Positions 1 through 10,046 of a stretch of DNA of 64,000 nt are shown here, in pieces. Both the position numbers and the translations under genes were made by a program. This stretch comes from Thainema sp. Its GTDB lineage: Bacteria; Cyanobacteriota; Cyanobacteriia; Phormidesmidales; Phormidesmidaceae. The stretch is taken from contig JBQLZK010000005.1 in NCBI GenBank assembly GCA_052168235.1, positions 107,018 through 171,017 of the forward strand, given 5' to 3'. The notes beneath the pieces were generated by a model. It was not told the origin of the DNA, searched no databases, and saw only the letters and a program-made list of their open reading frames with translations. Numbering within the stretch: position 1 is the stretch's first letter; every line of letters begins with the position of its first letter.

Positions 1-62
1 ACTAAATCGGGCTGCCCCAAAACACGACAGCCACGTAAGACCAGAGCAGCCGCAGTAGACAT
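1..62 (-). CDS. 5' end of a gene running off the window, possibly amidohydrolase family
   Basis: ATG at 62-60 reads MSTAAALVLRGCRVLGQPDL..., resembling the N-terminal beta-strand of amidohydrolases; only 20 codons visible. Confidence 0.35.
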   Translation of the reverse strand, partial: MSTAAALVLRGCRVLGQPDL

Positions 63-132
63 AGCTGAACACCTCGCAAAACGATGCCCTGACTATAGCA
101 AGAGTCGCTATGAAAAAATGTAAGTTCAGATC

Positions 133-212
133 ATATCCAAGCCTGTGTATAAGCATCCATTTTTGTGAAATGCCTGCTTCGCAGGCATTTCACAAAAACA
201 AACTAGTGTTTT
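133..212. repeat. Hairpin MITE-like element, family H copy A
   Basis: Perfect stem TTTTTGTGAAATGCCTGC-ttc-GCAGGCATTTCACAAAAA (160-198); outer stem shared with copies at 1.8, 16.7, 56.0 and 57.4 kb. Confidence 0.7.
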
Positions 213-234
213 CGACCCACCTGAACCATAAGTT

Positions 235-1710
235 TTATTCGGGAACCCAGACCGAAACTGAACCAGCCGCACAGCAAAAATCAGCCCATCCTTCATCATT
301 CGTTGTGACTGGTTCGCTGATGTGTTCTGTGATGTCGATATAGGTGCAGTTCGGCTGACCTACTTCCATCCACTTGGTTCCCGCATCGCCGTTGCTGAGC
401 ACAACCGCCATGCCGCTGGGATGTTCTTCATCACCTAACCGCGTCCAGCCAATCGTATTGGCATGGTCAAAATAGTCATACTGATCGCCATAGGCGTAGG
501 TTTGACGAGCATGAAGGAATTTATCAATCAGCCACTGATGGCTGTCAAGCCAGATTTCGTACTCATTGCCGTCGCGTCCGGTATCGGTGTAGTGAGCACC
601 ATAGTAATCAGCATAGAAAATACAGGGGTAGCCCTCGCGCCGTAGCAGAATGAGTGCATAGGCTAGGGGTTTGAACCAGCCCTCGACCACCGACTCTAGC
701 GCCTGCAATGGTTGAGAATCGTGATTATCAACCAGCGTAACGGCTAAGGCGGGCTGATGCTGCACCAGGGTGCCATCGAAAATTTGCCGCATGTCATAGT
801 TGTTGCCCTGGGTGCTAGCAACCCTGAAGTTGTAGTGCAGCGGCGCATCAAACAGCATCACATCGCCACCTGTCAGCCCGATAAAGTGGTGCAAAGCCTC
901 AACATCGTAAGACCAATATTCACCCACCGCAAAGAGGGGTCGGCCTGCTTGTTTGCGACAGTGGACTAACCACTGGGGAAAGAAACCCGCTTTGACATGC
1001 TTGACGGCATCAAACCGAAATCCGTCTACATCGGTTGTATCGACGTACCAGGCTCCCCACTGCTTTAGCTCATCCTGAACGTCAGGATCCTCCATGTCGA
1101 GATCGCAACCCATCAAATAGTCAAACGCGCCTTTTTCCAGGTCAACATTGTCATCAAATTTCTTGCCTTTAAACAGGTAAATCGCGTCTTGGCCTTCGTC
1201 ATAGGCGTTGTAATCCACGGCATCGAAATGCCACCAGTGCCACTCAAAGTCGGAATATTTGCCCTCGCGACCGGGAAAGGTAAAGTGCGTCCAAACTTTA
1301 ACGGTTTGCATCTCGCCAATGGGCTGATGGCGATCGTCAGGATTAAAGGGAGTCGCTTCTACCTCTTCCGCCTCATCTGCTCCTAGTTTGTGGTTGAACA
1401 CGACATCGGCGTAGACACGCATACCAGAAGTTTTGGCAGCCTTGATCGCAGCGAGATATTCATCTTTGGTGCCGTACTTTGTTCGGACGGAGCCTTTTTG
1501 ATCAAACTCGCCCAAATCATACAGATCGTAGACTCCGTAGCCAACATCGTATCCACCTGCTGTGCCTTTATAAGCAGGCGGTAACCAAACCGACGTGACT
1601 CCAGCATCAGCTAATTCTTGAACTCTATCTGCGAACTCATTCCAAAGACTGCCATCGGGTGGAATGTACCAATGGAAGTACTGCATCATCACGCCATTCA
1701 ATTGAGCCAT
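235..1710 (-). CDS. amyA: Cytoplasmic alpha-amylase (GH13)
   Basis: MMQYFHW, DVVFNH, GFRFDAVKH, AVGEYW, LVDNHD motifs; likely start MAQLNG at 1710 (the ORF-track extension crosses a repeat). Confidence 0.93.
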   Translation of the reverse strand: MAQLNGVMMQYFHWYIPPDGSLWNEFADRVQELADAGVTSVWLPPAYKGTAGGYDVGYGVYDLYDLGEFDQKGSVRTKYGTKDEYLAAIKAAKTSGMRVYADVVFNHKLGADEAEEVEATPFNPDDRHQPIGEMQTVKVWTHFTFPGREGKYSDFEWHWWHFDAVDYNAYDEGQDAIYLFKGKKFDDNVDLEKGAFDYLMGCDLDMEDPDVQDELKQWGAWYVDTTDVDGFRFDAVKHVKAGFFPQWLVHCRKQAGRPLFAVGEYWSYDVEALHHFIGLTGGDVMLFDAPLHYNFRVASTQGNNYDMRQIFDGTLVQHQPALAVTLVDNHDSQPLQALESVVEGWFKPLAYALILLRREGYPCIFYADYYGAHYTDTGRDGNEYEIWLDSHQWLIDKFLHARQTYAYGDQYDYFDHANTIGWTRLGDEEHPSGMAVVLSNGDAGTKWMEVGQPNCTYIDITEHISEPVTTNDEGWADFCCAAGSVSVWVPE

Positions 1711-1782
1711 GTACAGCCTCGACTTTTTAGAGAGGAAAAAGAAAACGAGATGAAAAAAGACGCGAAAACGTGTAATCAGATG

Positions 1783-1879
1783 AAATCCAGTTAGAAACCT
1801 ATTATTTGTTTTTGTGAAACGCTTGCTAAGCAAGCGTTTCACAAAAACAAACAGGGTTCTCATACACGGATTTGATATC
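1783..1879. repeat. Hairpin MITE-like element, family H copy B
   Basis: 22-bp perfect stem 1805-1851 plus imperfect terminal inverted repeats. Confidence 0.75.
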
Positions 1880-2172
1880 AGATGACTATACTCTGAGAAA
1901 ATCTTTTCCGTCTCTCTATCGGCGGGCAGAGCTAATACTATTTCTTGATGGTGCTACAGATCAGATCAGCGTTGGGTGCGTCGGAGCCAGGGAGCGAAGG
2001 AGCTTTCATTTGTAGCCACAACTGCGAAAATCGCTATATGAGTCATACAAACAGCAAAAGCTCCCATCGATACTGGAACAACGATGGAAGCTTTCTTAGA
2101 AATTATGAACGGGTTAGAAATTTAGGAATAATAGATTGCGATCGCAACCCACCAACCCATAAACTTAGCGAC

Positions 2173-3357
2173 CTAACGGTCAACCGATCCCATAATCACG
2201 TCGATGCTGCCCAAGATAGCCATAATGTCGGCTACCTTCACACCCTTGAGCAGGGTTGGCAGAATTTGCAGGTTGTTGAAATCGGGTGGACGGATCTTCC
2301 AGCGCCAGGGGAAGACATTATCGTCACCAATGATGTAGATACCGAGTTCACCCTTACCCGTTTCCATACGGACATAGTGCTCACCCGCCGGAATTTTGAA
2401 CGTCGGCGCAATTTTCTTACCAATGAACTGGTAATCAAACTCGTTCCATTCCGACTTGGGCCCAGACGCCATCCGCTTGGCTTCTAGGTTCTCAAACGGA
2501 CCACCCGGAATCATGTCGCAAGCTTGGCGAATGATTTTGACCGACTCGCGCATTTCGCGGATTCGCACGGCATAGCGAGCAAAGCAGTCGCCAGCGGTTT
2601 CCCACTGCACTTCCCAATCAAAGTCGTCGTAGCACTCGTAGTGATCGACCTTACGCAGATCCCACTTCACGCCCGAACCGCGCAGCATCGGGCCAGATAG
2701 TCCCCAGTTAATCGCATCTTCGCGGGTAATGGTGCCAATCCCTTCAACTCGGCGACGGAAGATGGGGTTGTCAGTAATCAGCCGCTCATACTCGTCCACC
2801 TTCGGCAAGAAGTAATCGCAAAAATCGCGACACTTATCCAGCCAGCCGTAGGGCAAATCGGCAGCAACGCCACCAATCCGGAAATAGTTGTTATTAATCA
2901 GACGCTGACCTGTTGCAGCTTCCCACAGGTCATAGATCATCTCCCGTTCGCGGAAGATATAGAAGAACGGCGTTTGAGCGCCAACGTCCGCCAAGAAGGG
3001 GCCAAGCCACAGCAGGTGATTGGCAATCCGGTTTAACTCCAGCATAATCACTCGGATATAGCTGGCTCGTTTCGGCACTTCAATGTCGGCCAGTTGCTCC
3101 GGCGCATTCACCGTGATGGCTTCGTTAAACATGCCCGCTGCGTAGTCCCACCGACTGACGTAGGGGACAAACATGACGTTGGTGCGGTTCTCGGCAATTT
3201 TCTCCATACCGCGATGGAGATAACCAATTACGGGTTCACAGTCAACCACATCTTCTCCATCCAGGGTGACGATTAGTCGTAAAACCCCGTGCATGGAGGG
3301 ATGGTGAGGCCCCATGTTGAGAACCATGGGTTCGGTTCGAGTCTCAATCCTAGGCAT
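2173..3357 (-). CDS. ndhH: NAD(P)H-quinone oxidoreductase subunit H
   Basis: [25 protein letters not shown]-terminal DVIMGSVDR. Confidence 0.98.
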   Translation of the reverse strand: MPRIETRTEPMVLNMGPHHPSMHGVLRLIVTLDGEDVVDCEPVIGYLHRGMEKIAENRTNVMFVPYVSRWDYAAGMFNEAITVNAPEQLADIEVPKRASYIRVIMLELNRIANHLLWLGPFLADVGAQTPFFYIFREREMIYDLWEAATGQRLINNNYFRIGGVAADLPYGWLDKCRDFCDYFLPKVDEYERLITDNPIFRRRVEGIGTITREDAINWGLSGPMLRGSGVKWDLRKVDHYECYDDFDWEVQWETAGDCFARYAVRIREMRESVKIIRQACDMIPGGPFENLEAKRMASGPKSEWNEFDYQFIGKKIAPTFKIPAGEHYVRMETGKGELGIYIIGDDNVFPWRWKIRPPDFNNLQILPTLLKGVKVADIMAILGSIDVIMGSVDR

Positions 3358-3682
3358 AGGTGTTGTTGTGTATCGGCTAGGAAACGAATGAAATAGAGTT
3401 CAGTCCTAGATTAAAGTAGCTCAATCCGAGCCGCTGGTCTAATAAATACCGAATTCGCCAGAAAACCGAGATTGGTTTGATCATCAGAACTCGTATTGAC
3501 ACGTGAACTCTCAATTCGTATAGATTTGTTGCACTCTTTCTACTATAGGAGATCTCGGTCAAACCGTGCCGTCATCCAGTCAGCCGTCTAGCGATTTTGG
3601 CCATAGTTAATCGGATTGAAACGATGCAGAATTCTTATGGTTTGAGCAAATGATTTGAGCAAATTCGTGGAACTGGTGTTAC

Positions 3683-3788
3683 TTAGGAAGGCGGATTTAA
3701 TAAGGTGAAATCTTTGAGGTAGGGACACGGCAGTGCCGTGTCCCTACGGATGAAACGGTTTACAGGCTATTTAATCCACAATCCTTAG
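3683..3788. mobile_element. 106-bp non-autonomous MITE/REP-containing element, copy 1
   Basis: 103/106 identical to 7393-7498; bounded by TTAG; imperfect TIRs; central palindrome GTAGGGACACGGCA-N-TGCCGTGTCCCTAC. Confidence 0.8.
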
Positions 3789-4575
3789 CTGACTGCTGAC
3801 CAAACTGCTGTTCCCAGCGATCGTGATTTTCGCGAGCCACCTGCACAACGGGCGACGCGGAAACGAGCTTGAAGGCCAGCTCATTGATCCAAGACAGCGG
3901 AGGACGCAGCGGACGGGCAATATCCAGGAACAGAACCGCTCGGTAGCCGTTTGTCTCGTTCCAGACCTCGTGGTAGAAGGTGTCGTCAAAAATCAGGCTT
4001 TTGCCTTCTTCCCAGTGAGTAATTTGTCCGTTGACGCGGATACGGCATTTATCTTGGGGTTCCGGTACGCGCAAACCTAGGTGATAGCGCACCAGTCCTT
4101 TATGTTTGCCTCGGTGTTCGGGAATATGCTTACCGGGAGCCAGGATGGAGAAGAACGCCACCTTTAGTCCGGGAATGTCCTTAATTAACTCCCAGGTTTG
4201 GGGACAGCGATCGCAGTTTCCCTTGGCCACATAATCGAAGGCGCAGAAGAAGTAGGTTTTCCAGAGGTTATCACCCGCGATTCGATTTTGCCGGGGCGAG
4301 ATGTCCTGAAAGTTGGGTAGCGCATCGGCATATTCCAACACCTGATCCAGTTCTTGGCGGATCACCTGCCAGTTGTCTTCCAGAGACTGCGCCCAGGGAA
4401 ATTGTTCGGTCTCAAAAAAAACGCGATCGCCCACTTTTGAGAACGAGCAGACAAATCGCTCAAACTGGCGATATAGCGCATGGTCAAAGACCGGATGCAA
4501 AGGGGTTTGGGGATCGAGCGGGGCGATGGGTATCGCTGCCTGGGGTTCAATTTGATTAACAGTTAGGCGGGTCAT
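3760..4575 (-). CDS. Aspartyl/asparaginyl beta-hydroxylase family (LpxO/OlsC-like) 2OG-Fe(II) dioxygenase
   Basis: FSILAPGKHIPEHRG, RYHLGL, FDDTFYHEVWN, RAVLFLD motifs. Confidence 0.9.
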   Translation of the reverse strand: MTRLTVNQIEPQAAIPIAPLDPQTPLHPVFDHALYRQFERFVCSFSKVGDRVFFETEQFPWAQSLEDNWQVIRQELDQVLEYADALPNFQDISPRQNRIAGDNLWKTYFFCAFDYVAKGNCDRCPQTWELIKDIPGLKVAFFSILAPGKHIPEHRGKHKGLVRYHLGLRVPEPQDKCRIRVNGQITHWEEGKSLIFDDTFYHEVWNETNGYRAVLFLDIARPLRPPLSWINELAFKLVSASPVVQVARENHDRWEQQFGQQSAKDCGLNSL

Positions 4576-4602
4576 AGATTCGGAGAAATGCCAGATCTCG
4601 AA

Positions 4603-6309
4603 TTAAAGCAAAATGGGAGTCGGTTGAGCAAATCGAGGTAACGTCACCGTCTGTTCAACCACAAAGTCCGCCAGCAGGTTGCGATCGCAACTAATGTGCG
4701 GAAACTTGAGCTGCGAGTTTTCCACTCCCGGTCGCAGCGGACGCTGACGCAAAATGTCAAAACTGCCCGCTGCCAGAATATTCAACTGCGGTGCCGGAAT
4801 ATCGTTATTTAGACGCTTCACCTCATAGGAATGGTTGTGCTGACACATCAGCTGGTCAAACATCGCCAGAAACCGCTCCGAATGAGTCAGTATTTCACCC
4901 TCGGCTAATTCGATATTGAGGATATAGTGCGATCGCAGAATGTCCTCTGACAGCGTCACACAAAAATCTTCCAGTTGGATATCAAATTCCTGCTGGAGTA
5001 GCTTCAAAACCTGAATCACCTGATACTCAGAGGTTTTCTCGGTTGTGGCAGACAGGACACCGCCCTGCCGATAGCGAAACACAATCAAAGGGGTTTGGTT
5101 ATAGAACCCTTCAACTTGCACGACATCGCCAATATCGTAGCGATAGAAGCCCGCATAGTTTGTGATCAAAATCCGGTAGCGCTCTCCTACTTGTAATTCG
5201 TGTGGCAACAGCGTTTGGGGCTGATCTATGTCCCACTGATCTTCGGGAATGAACTCAAAAAAGTTGCTGCTGAGCGCTAAAACCGTGCCATCGGTATTGA
5301 AATTGTGGTGAACGCCATAGGTCGATTCTGATGACGCATACGTACCACCGAAAATCGGCGTCTCGCCAAAGTACTCAGGGAAGCGCTCAAAATAAAAATC
5401 AGACGTGCCGCCACGGGCCGTGATGATACAAGATAGATCCGGCCAAGCAAACTGGGGAGTTAGCCGTCCTTCTCGATTCAGCACTTGAGCCAGTTCTTTG
5501 GCCCGTTGGGGTGCTGCCCTGAACTGCCGCTGAAGTTGCGATCGCTCTTGAGGCGTCAGCGCAATATGACGTGAAATTTGACCACTAGCTAGATCCTCTA
5601 TCAGCCAATCCCCCTGACGCTCTAACTCATCACACAGTTGAAGCGCAATAAGCGGAAATGTAGCCGCAAATACACGCAGATGGGCATTCCGCAGCGCAAA
5701 CAACAGCGACGTATAGTTACGCGCCTGAGTATCCTTGACCAGCATGGTCTCAAACGGCTGGGCAAAAATCTGACGGTATAGACCATTGGCAAGCTGCACC
5801 GAGCCACCGCTGATATGACCGTAGTCAATACCACCGCTAGTCTTGCCAACTTTGCGCGCTGATCCCGTCAACAACGTCTTACCTAAGGGCAAATCCCGGC
5901 GCTGAGCCGCTTCAAACAGATAGCCCATAGCGCTTTGATTCGCTCGTCCAATAAATCGCTTTGAGCGTTTCGTTACCGGAATCATCTTTTGGCTACCCGT
6001 TGAACCACTCGTCATATTGATATAAATCAGCGGATCAGGAGTGACGACGTTTTGCTCACCAGCCGCAGCCCGTTCCAGGTAAGGCTCATAGACACCGTAG
6101 GGCAAAATTGGTACTCGCTGACGAAATTCTGCCACCGTCGTAATACGATCCACGCCAAACGTTTGCCCCAGTTCGGTTCCTGACTGAATCTTGAGTAAAG
6201 ACTGTAAAAATTGTGCTTGAGCCTCAATCGATCGATACGTTTGCCGCTCTAGGTTAGCCTTGGCCCGTTTAGCCGCTAACCCAATTAGCGAAAAGATTGG
6301 ATTTTCCAT
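4603..6309 (-). CDS. GH3 family acyl-adenylate/amide ligase
   Basis: TSGSTG (motif I), YASSE (motif II), YRYDIGD (motif III); likely start MENPIF at 6309 with GAGG RBS. Confidence 0.9.
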   Translation of the reverse strand: MENPIFSLIGLAAKRAKANLERQTYRSIEAQAQFLQSLLKIQSGTELGQTFGVDRITTVAEFRQRVPILPYGVYEPYLERAAAGEQNVVTPDPLIYINMTSGSTGSQKMIPVTKRSKRFIGRANQSAMGYLFEAAQRRDLPLGKTLLTGSARKVGKTSGGIDYGHISGGSVQLANGLYRQIFAQPFETMLVKDTQARNYTSLLFALRNAHLRVFAATFPLIALQLCDELERQGDWLIEDLASGQISRHIALTPQERSQLQRQFRAAPQRAKELAQVLNREGRLTPQFAWPDLSCIITARGGTSDFYFERFPEYFGETPIFGGTYASSESTYGVHHNFNTDGTVLALSSNFFEFIPEDQWDIDQPQTLLPHELQVGERYRILITNYAGFYRYDIGDVVQVEGFYNQTPLIVFRYRQGGVLSATTEKTSEYQVIQVLKLLQQEFDIQLEDFCVTLSEDILRSHYILNIELAEGEILTHSERFLAMFDQLMCQHNHSYEVKRLNNDIPAPQLNILAAGSFDILRQRPLRPGVENSQLKFPHISCDRNLLADFVVEQTVTLPRFAQPTPILL

Positions 6310-6754
6310 GCGAATCAAGTCCTCACACCACCTCAAACGATGCACTTGCTACTGATTGAACTGGATTTACAGAAATACATCAATTTTTGTATCTTGTAAT
6401 CCACTAGCCTTATCGATACAGCGCCCAATCATCTGAGCCTGAATGCATCACTCTGATAACCGATCACCGATTCGTCATTCCGGAAATTGTCACCTTTACA
6501 CCAACTGGGATTTGGGTTTTAGCGGGAACAATCTCAGCCGAAATAGCCAAGCACCGTACTTGAGCAGAATGGCGATACATTTCTTAAGCCTAGGGTGGCT
6601 TCAGATCAAATGAAACAAAACATGGGCCAGATAGTGAATCGTCTTTCGTTGGCCTGCTCTCTTTATTCGCTGCAATATTCCACCAGAACCGTTAGCTAAC
6701 TCAGCTAATTTGCTCTGTATGATGAAGAAATATTGCAGATACTGCGACAGCGAG

Positions 6755-7246
6755 ATGACAACAATGGCCACAACTCAGATTCAAGAATTTCTATTTAATG
6801 GTGCCAACTGGTTTGCCTTACCCTTTTGGACACTGATGATTTTTCTGCCAAAGTGGCAAGTCACGAGGCGGGTGATGGCTTCCTATCTGCCATTCGTGGC
6901 GCTGGCAAGCGTGTATAGCTATTTCTTCACTACGAGTTTGGATCCACAAACCGCCGAAGCCTTTTCTGATCCTCAGCTTCAGCTCTCAACTCTAGCTCAA
7001 CTGTTTTCTCAAGAATCAGTCATGGCAGCCGGTTGGGTACATTACATCGTCATGGATTTGTTTGTCGGGCGCTGGATTTATCAACAGGGTCAGGCAACAG
7101 GCGTTTGGACAATTCATTCACTGATTCTCTGTTTGTTTGCTGGCCCCTTGGGTTTGCTGTCCCACATTCTGACTCAGTGGATCACTCAAACGTTCTTCCC
7201 ATCCTCTACTCAAGCAGATGCTGAACCTCAAGGAGAAGCAGCATAG
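6755..7246 (+). CDS. ABA4-like (DUF4281) membrane protein
   Basis: LPFWTLMIFLPKW, AGWVHYIVMDLFVGRWI, GPLGLLSH. Confidence 0.85.
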   Translation: MTTMATTQIQEFLFNGANWFALPFWTLMIFLPKWQVTRRVMASYLPFVALASVYSYFFTTSLDPQTAEAFSDPQLQLSTLAQLFSQESVMAAGWVHYIVMDLFVGRWIYQQGQATGVWTIHSLILCLFAGPLGLLSHILTQWITQTFFPSSTQADAEPQGEAA

Positions 7247-7263
7247 CTAGGCTACTACCAAAG

Positions 7264-7310
7264 CAAAAGGGCAATTTATCACCATATCACGATGACAAAT
7301 TGCCCTTTTG
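7264..7310 (+). terminator. Inverted repeat / intrinsic terminator
   Basis: CAAAAGGGCAATTT...AAATTGCCCTTTTG just after the ABA4-like stop. Confidence 0.6.
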
Positions 7311-7392
7311 AGTTCCAAGCTCTAAATCGCAGGATGATAGAAATGGAGGTGCGGAATATGGCTAATGCTACTGACCGTCTTGCAATATCCTT

Positions 7393-7498
7393 TTAGGAAG
7401 GCGGATTTAATAAGGTGAAATCTTTGAGGTAGGGACACGGCATTGCCGTGTCCCTACAGATGAAACGGTTTACAGGTTATTTAATCCACAATCCTTAG
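7393..7498. mobile_element. 106-bp non-autonomous MITE/REP-containing element, copy 2
   Basis: Direct repeat of 3683-3788 with 3 mismatches; TTAG at both ends. Confidence 0.8.
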
Positions 7499-7531
7499 AC
7501 CGTGAGTAGATAAGCCGAATCAACAAGATCA

Positions 7532-7711
7532 TCAACGTAGCGAATCTTGGATAACAGCTTCAGGCGCGAACCGACCACCTGCACCACTTGTTCCACCTGG
7601 AAATTGATCTGGGGGACTCCCATTCGCTTGCGCAACGTTTGCACTTAAACCAACAGTAAACAAAGCAATTCCAATTCCTGTAGCCAGTAATCGACAATGA
7701 CGAACGTACAT
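7532..7711 (-). CDS. Small putative secreted peptide (59 aa)
   Basis: MYVRHCR + hydrophobic core + AQA cleavage site, then PPDQFPGGTSGAGGR. Confidence 0.5.
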   Translation of the reverse strand: MYVRHCRLLATGIGIALFTVGLSANVAQANGSPPDQFPGGTSGAGGRFAPEAVIQDSLR

Positions 7712-8351
7712 TTTTCCAAACCCGGTAGATGACCACTGAATCCTGAACATTGATCTCGACGAAATTCTCCGTGAACAAGTGGAACTTATTCAGCACCATG
7801 ACTCTTCTAAACAAGAGTATTCAGGGAGACATTTTCATCGAGTCATACAAAGTAGATGATGAAATGAGTCAGCATGTACTATTGAGTCTGTTTGGATAGG
7901 GCCCTATTCTTATTTAGACGCAATGCATCTGCTCCACATTTACAACTTAATAGTTGAAACTTATGGTAGTCAGCCGTGGCATCACCTAAACGAAATTAAA
8001 GCCTCGGCAAACTTTCTGTAAACTCGGCTGAGGTAAGTTGGACCCCAAGCAAGTTCAGCTCAAACACAATACATATGGCATATTACGTCCTGGGACAGAA
8101 TGCCAAAATGATTTTGGGTGATTGATTTTATGATTAACCTTCGGCTAATCTTGGGCAGTTAAACTTTTGCGATCGCAAAAATCCAACTCCACAACTAACC
8201 TTAAAAATCGACCACACCAATCAATTGCAACAATCATTCTGGGATTTTACTGAATCAAATTCCGTATATAAAAGCAATCTCAGACGACTGATAGTGCGAC
8301 ATTGTGAAGCTGAAATATCGTGAATGTGATGTTGTGAATATCATATTGTGA

Positions 8352-9329
8352 ATGCCAAATATAAATGCCATTCGGTTTGAGCAGGTGACGCTACAGTTTC
8401 CGTCAGCATCTCAGCCTGCGGTCAAGAACTGCACAATTGATGTGGCAAAGGGGCAACTCGTTGTTGTTTTGGGGCCGTCGGGCTGCGGTAAAACTACGCT
8501 GCTCAAAATGGTTAATCGCCTCTACGAGCCAACTGAAGGTCGCATTTACATTAATGATCAGGATATTCACCAGCAATCAGCAACCGCACTACGACGACAA
8601 ATTGGCTATGTGATCCAGCAATCTGGGCTTTTTCCGCACATGACGGTAGCCCAAAATGTTGCTGTTGTCCCCAAATTGCTCGGTTGGTCAGGTGTCAAAA
8701 CTCAGGCACGGGTAGATGAACTGCTGATGCTGGTAGGGTTAGCGCCTAAAATCTATCGCGATCGCTATCCGGCCCAACTTTCGGGCGGACAACAGCAGCG
8801 GGTCGGAATTGCGCGAGCATTGGCTGGTGACCCGGATTTGCTGCTGATGGATGAACCGTTTGGTGCCATTGATGCGATTACCCGCACCAAGCTACAGGAT
8901 GAACTGCTCGCGCTTCAGCGTCGGCTGCACAAGACAATTCTGTTTGTGTCGCACGATGTGGAAGAAGCGCTACGCCTCGCAGACAACATCTTGATTCTGC
9001 GGGCGGGAGAAGTGGTGCAGTACGATACGCCTTTCAAAATTCTGACTCAACCTGCCGATGATTTTGTGCGGCAGCTTGTAGATGCGGATGATATGGTGCG
9101 GCAGCTTAGCCTGCTACGCGTCGAAACAGCAATGATCAGTAACACTAACTATTCAGCATCTTCAAACCAACCTGCGATCGCACAAAATCAAAATTTGCGG
9201 GCGGCTCTCTCGTTGATCCTGCGGACGGGCGTTCACCAGTTAACGGTCGTTGATCCGGAGCAGGGATATCCAGTCGGTGTTCTCACACTTGAACATATCC
9301 AAGATTCGGCAGTTAATCACCATAGTTGA
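8352..9329 (+). CDS. Osmoprotectant (OpuA/ProV-like) ABC transporter ATP-binding protein
   Basis: GPSGCGKT, LSGGQQQR, LLMDEPF; IGYVIQQSGLFPH; CBS-like C-terminus. Confidence 0.9.
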   Translation: MPNINAIRFEQVTLQFPSASQPAVKNCTIDVAKGQLVVVLGPSGCGKTTLLKMVNRLYEPTEGRIYINDQDIHQQSATALRRQIGYVIQQSGLFPHMTVAQNVAVVPKLLGWSGVKTQARVDELLMLVGLAPKIYRDRYPAQLSGGQQQRVGIARALAGDPDLLLMDEPFGAIDAITRTKLQDELLALQRRLHKTILFVSHDVEEALRLADNILILRAGEVVQYDTPFKILTQPADDFVRQLVDADDMVRQLSLLRVETAMISNTNYSASSNQPAIAQNQNLRAALSLILRTGVHQLTVVDPEQGYPVGVLTLEHIQDSAVNHHS

Positions 9330-9979
9330 ACGCCCTTTCCATCAGCCTTGCAATGCTTTATCTTCTACAAAATTTTGGCACCATTCTGACCCTGACCTGG
9401 CAGCATCTCCAAATGACGCTGGTGACGCTGGCAGTTGCGATCGCAGTTGCCGTACCGCTATCGCTGGTGATTGTGCGCTATCGCTGGCTGGCTGTGCCCG
9501 TCCTGGGCCTTTTGGGAACGCTGTATACGATTCCGAGCTTAGCGCTGATTATTTTACTCGTGCCGCTTTTTGGCCTCAATCGGCTATCAGTGATTATTGC
9601 AATGGTGATCTATAGTCAGGTGATTCTCGTCCGCAATTTGACGGTGGGGTTAAACGGTATTTCCACCGCTGTTATGGAAGCGGCTCGCGGCATGGGAATG
9701 AATGGTTGGCAGCGCTGGTGGCAGGTTCAGGTGCCTTTAGTCCTACCTGTTTTTCTGGCCGGAATCCGAATTGCCGCTGTTGTCAGCGTTGCGATCGCAA
9801 CAATTGGGGCTAAATTTGGGGCCGGTGGCCTCGGCGTGCTGCTGTTTGAAGGCATCGCCCAAGCAGGTCGCTATGACAAAATCTGGGCCGGTGCGATCGC
9901 AGTTTCCATCCTGGCGTTTGCCCTTAATACCAGCCTGCTAGCCCTAGAACATCGCGTGAATCCAGCCCGAAATACGTAG
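9326..9979 (+). CDS. Osmoprotectant ABC transporter permease
   Basis: YTIPSLAL, EAARGMGM EAA loop, GAGGLG; start uncertain. Confidence 0.88.
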   Translation: MNALSISLAMLYLLQNFGTILTLTWQHLQMTLVTLAVAIAVAVPLSLVIVRYRWLAVPVLGLLGTLYTIPSLALIILLVPLFGLNRLSVIIAMVIYSQVILVRNLTVGLNGISTAVMEAARGMGMNGWQRWWQVQVPLVLPVFLAGIRIAAVVSVAIATIGAKFGAGGLGVLLFEGIAQAGRYDKIWAGAIAVSILAFALNTSLLALEHRVNPARNT

Positions 9980-10046
9980 ACACGTCTGCATGGCCGCGAT
10001 TTTATGGAGTTCAATCATCTATGACATTAACCTGCAAATTCGGAAA

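Noticed and set aside
1711..1863. N-terminal extension of amyA in the ORF track
   Set aside because: It runs through a palindromic repeat; the amylase-like sequence begins at MAQLNG.
3683..7498. Composite transposon carrying hydroxylase-GH3-ABA4
   Set aside because: Each 106-bp copy has its own TTAG boundaries, and the native hydroxylase stop lies outside copy 1, which favours independent insertions; no transposase present.
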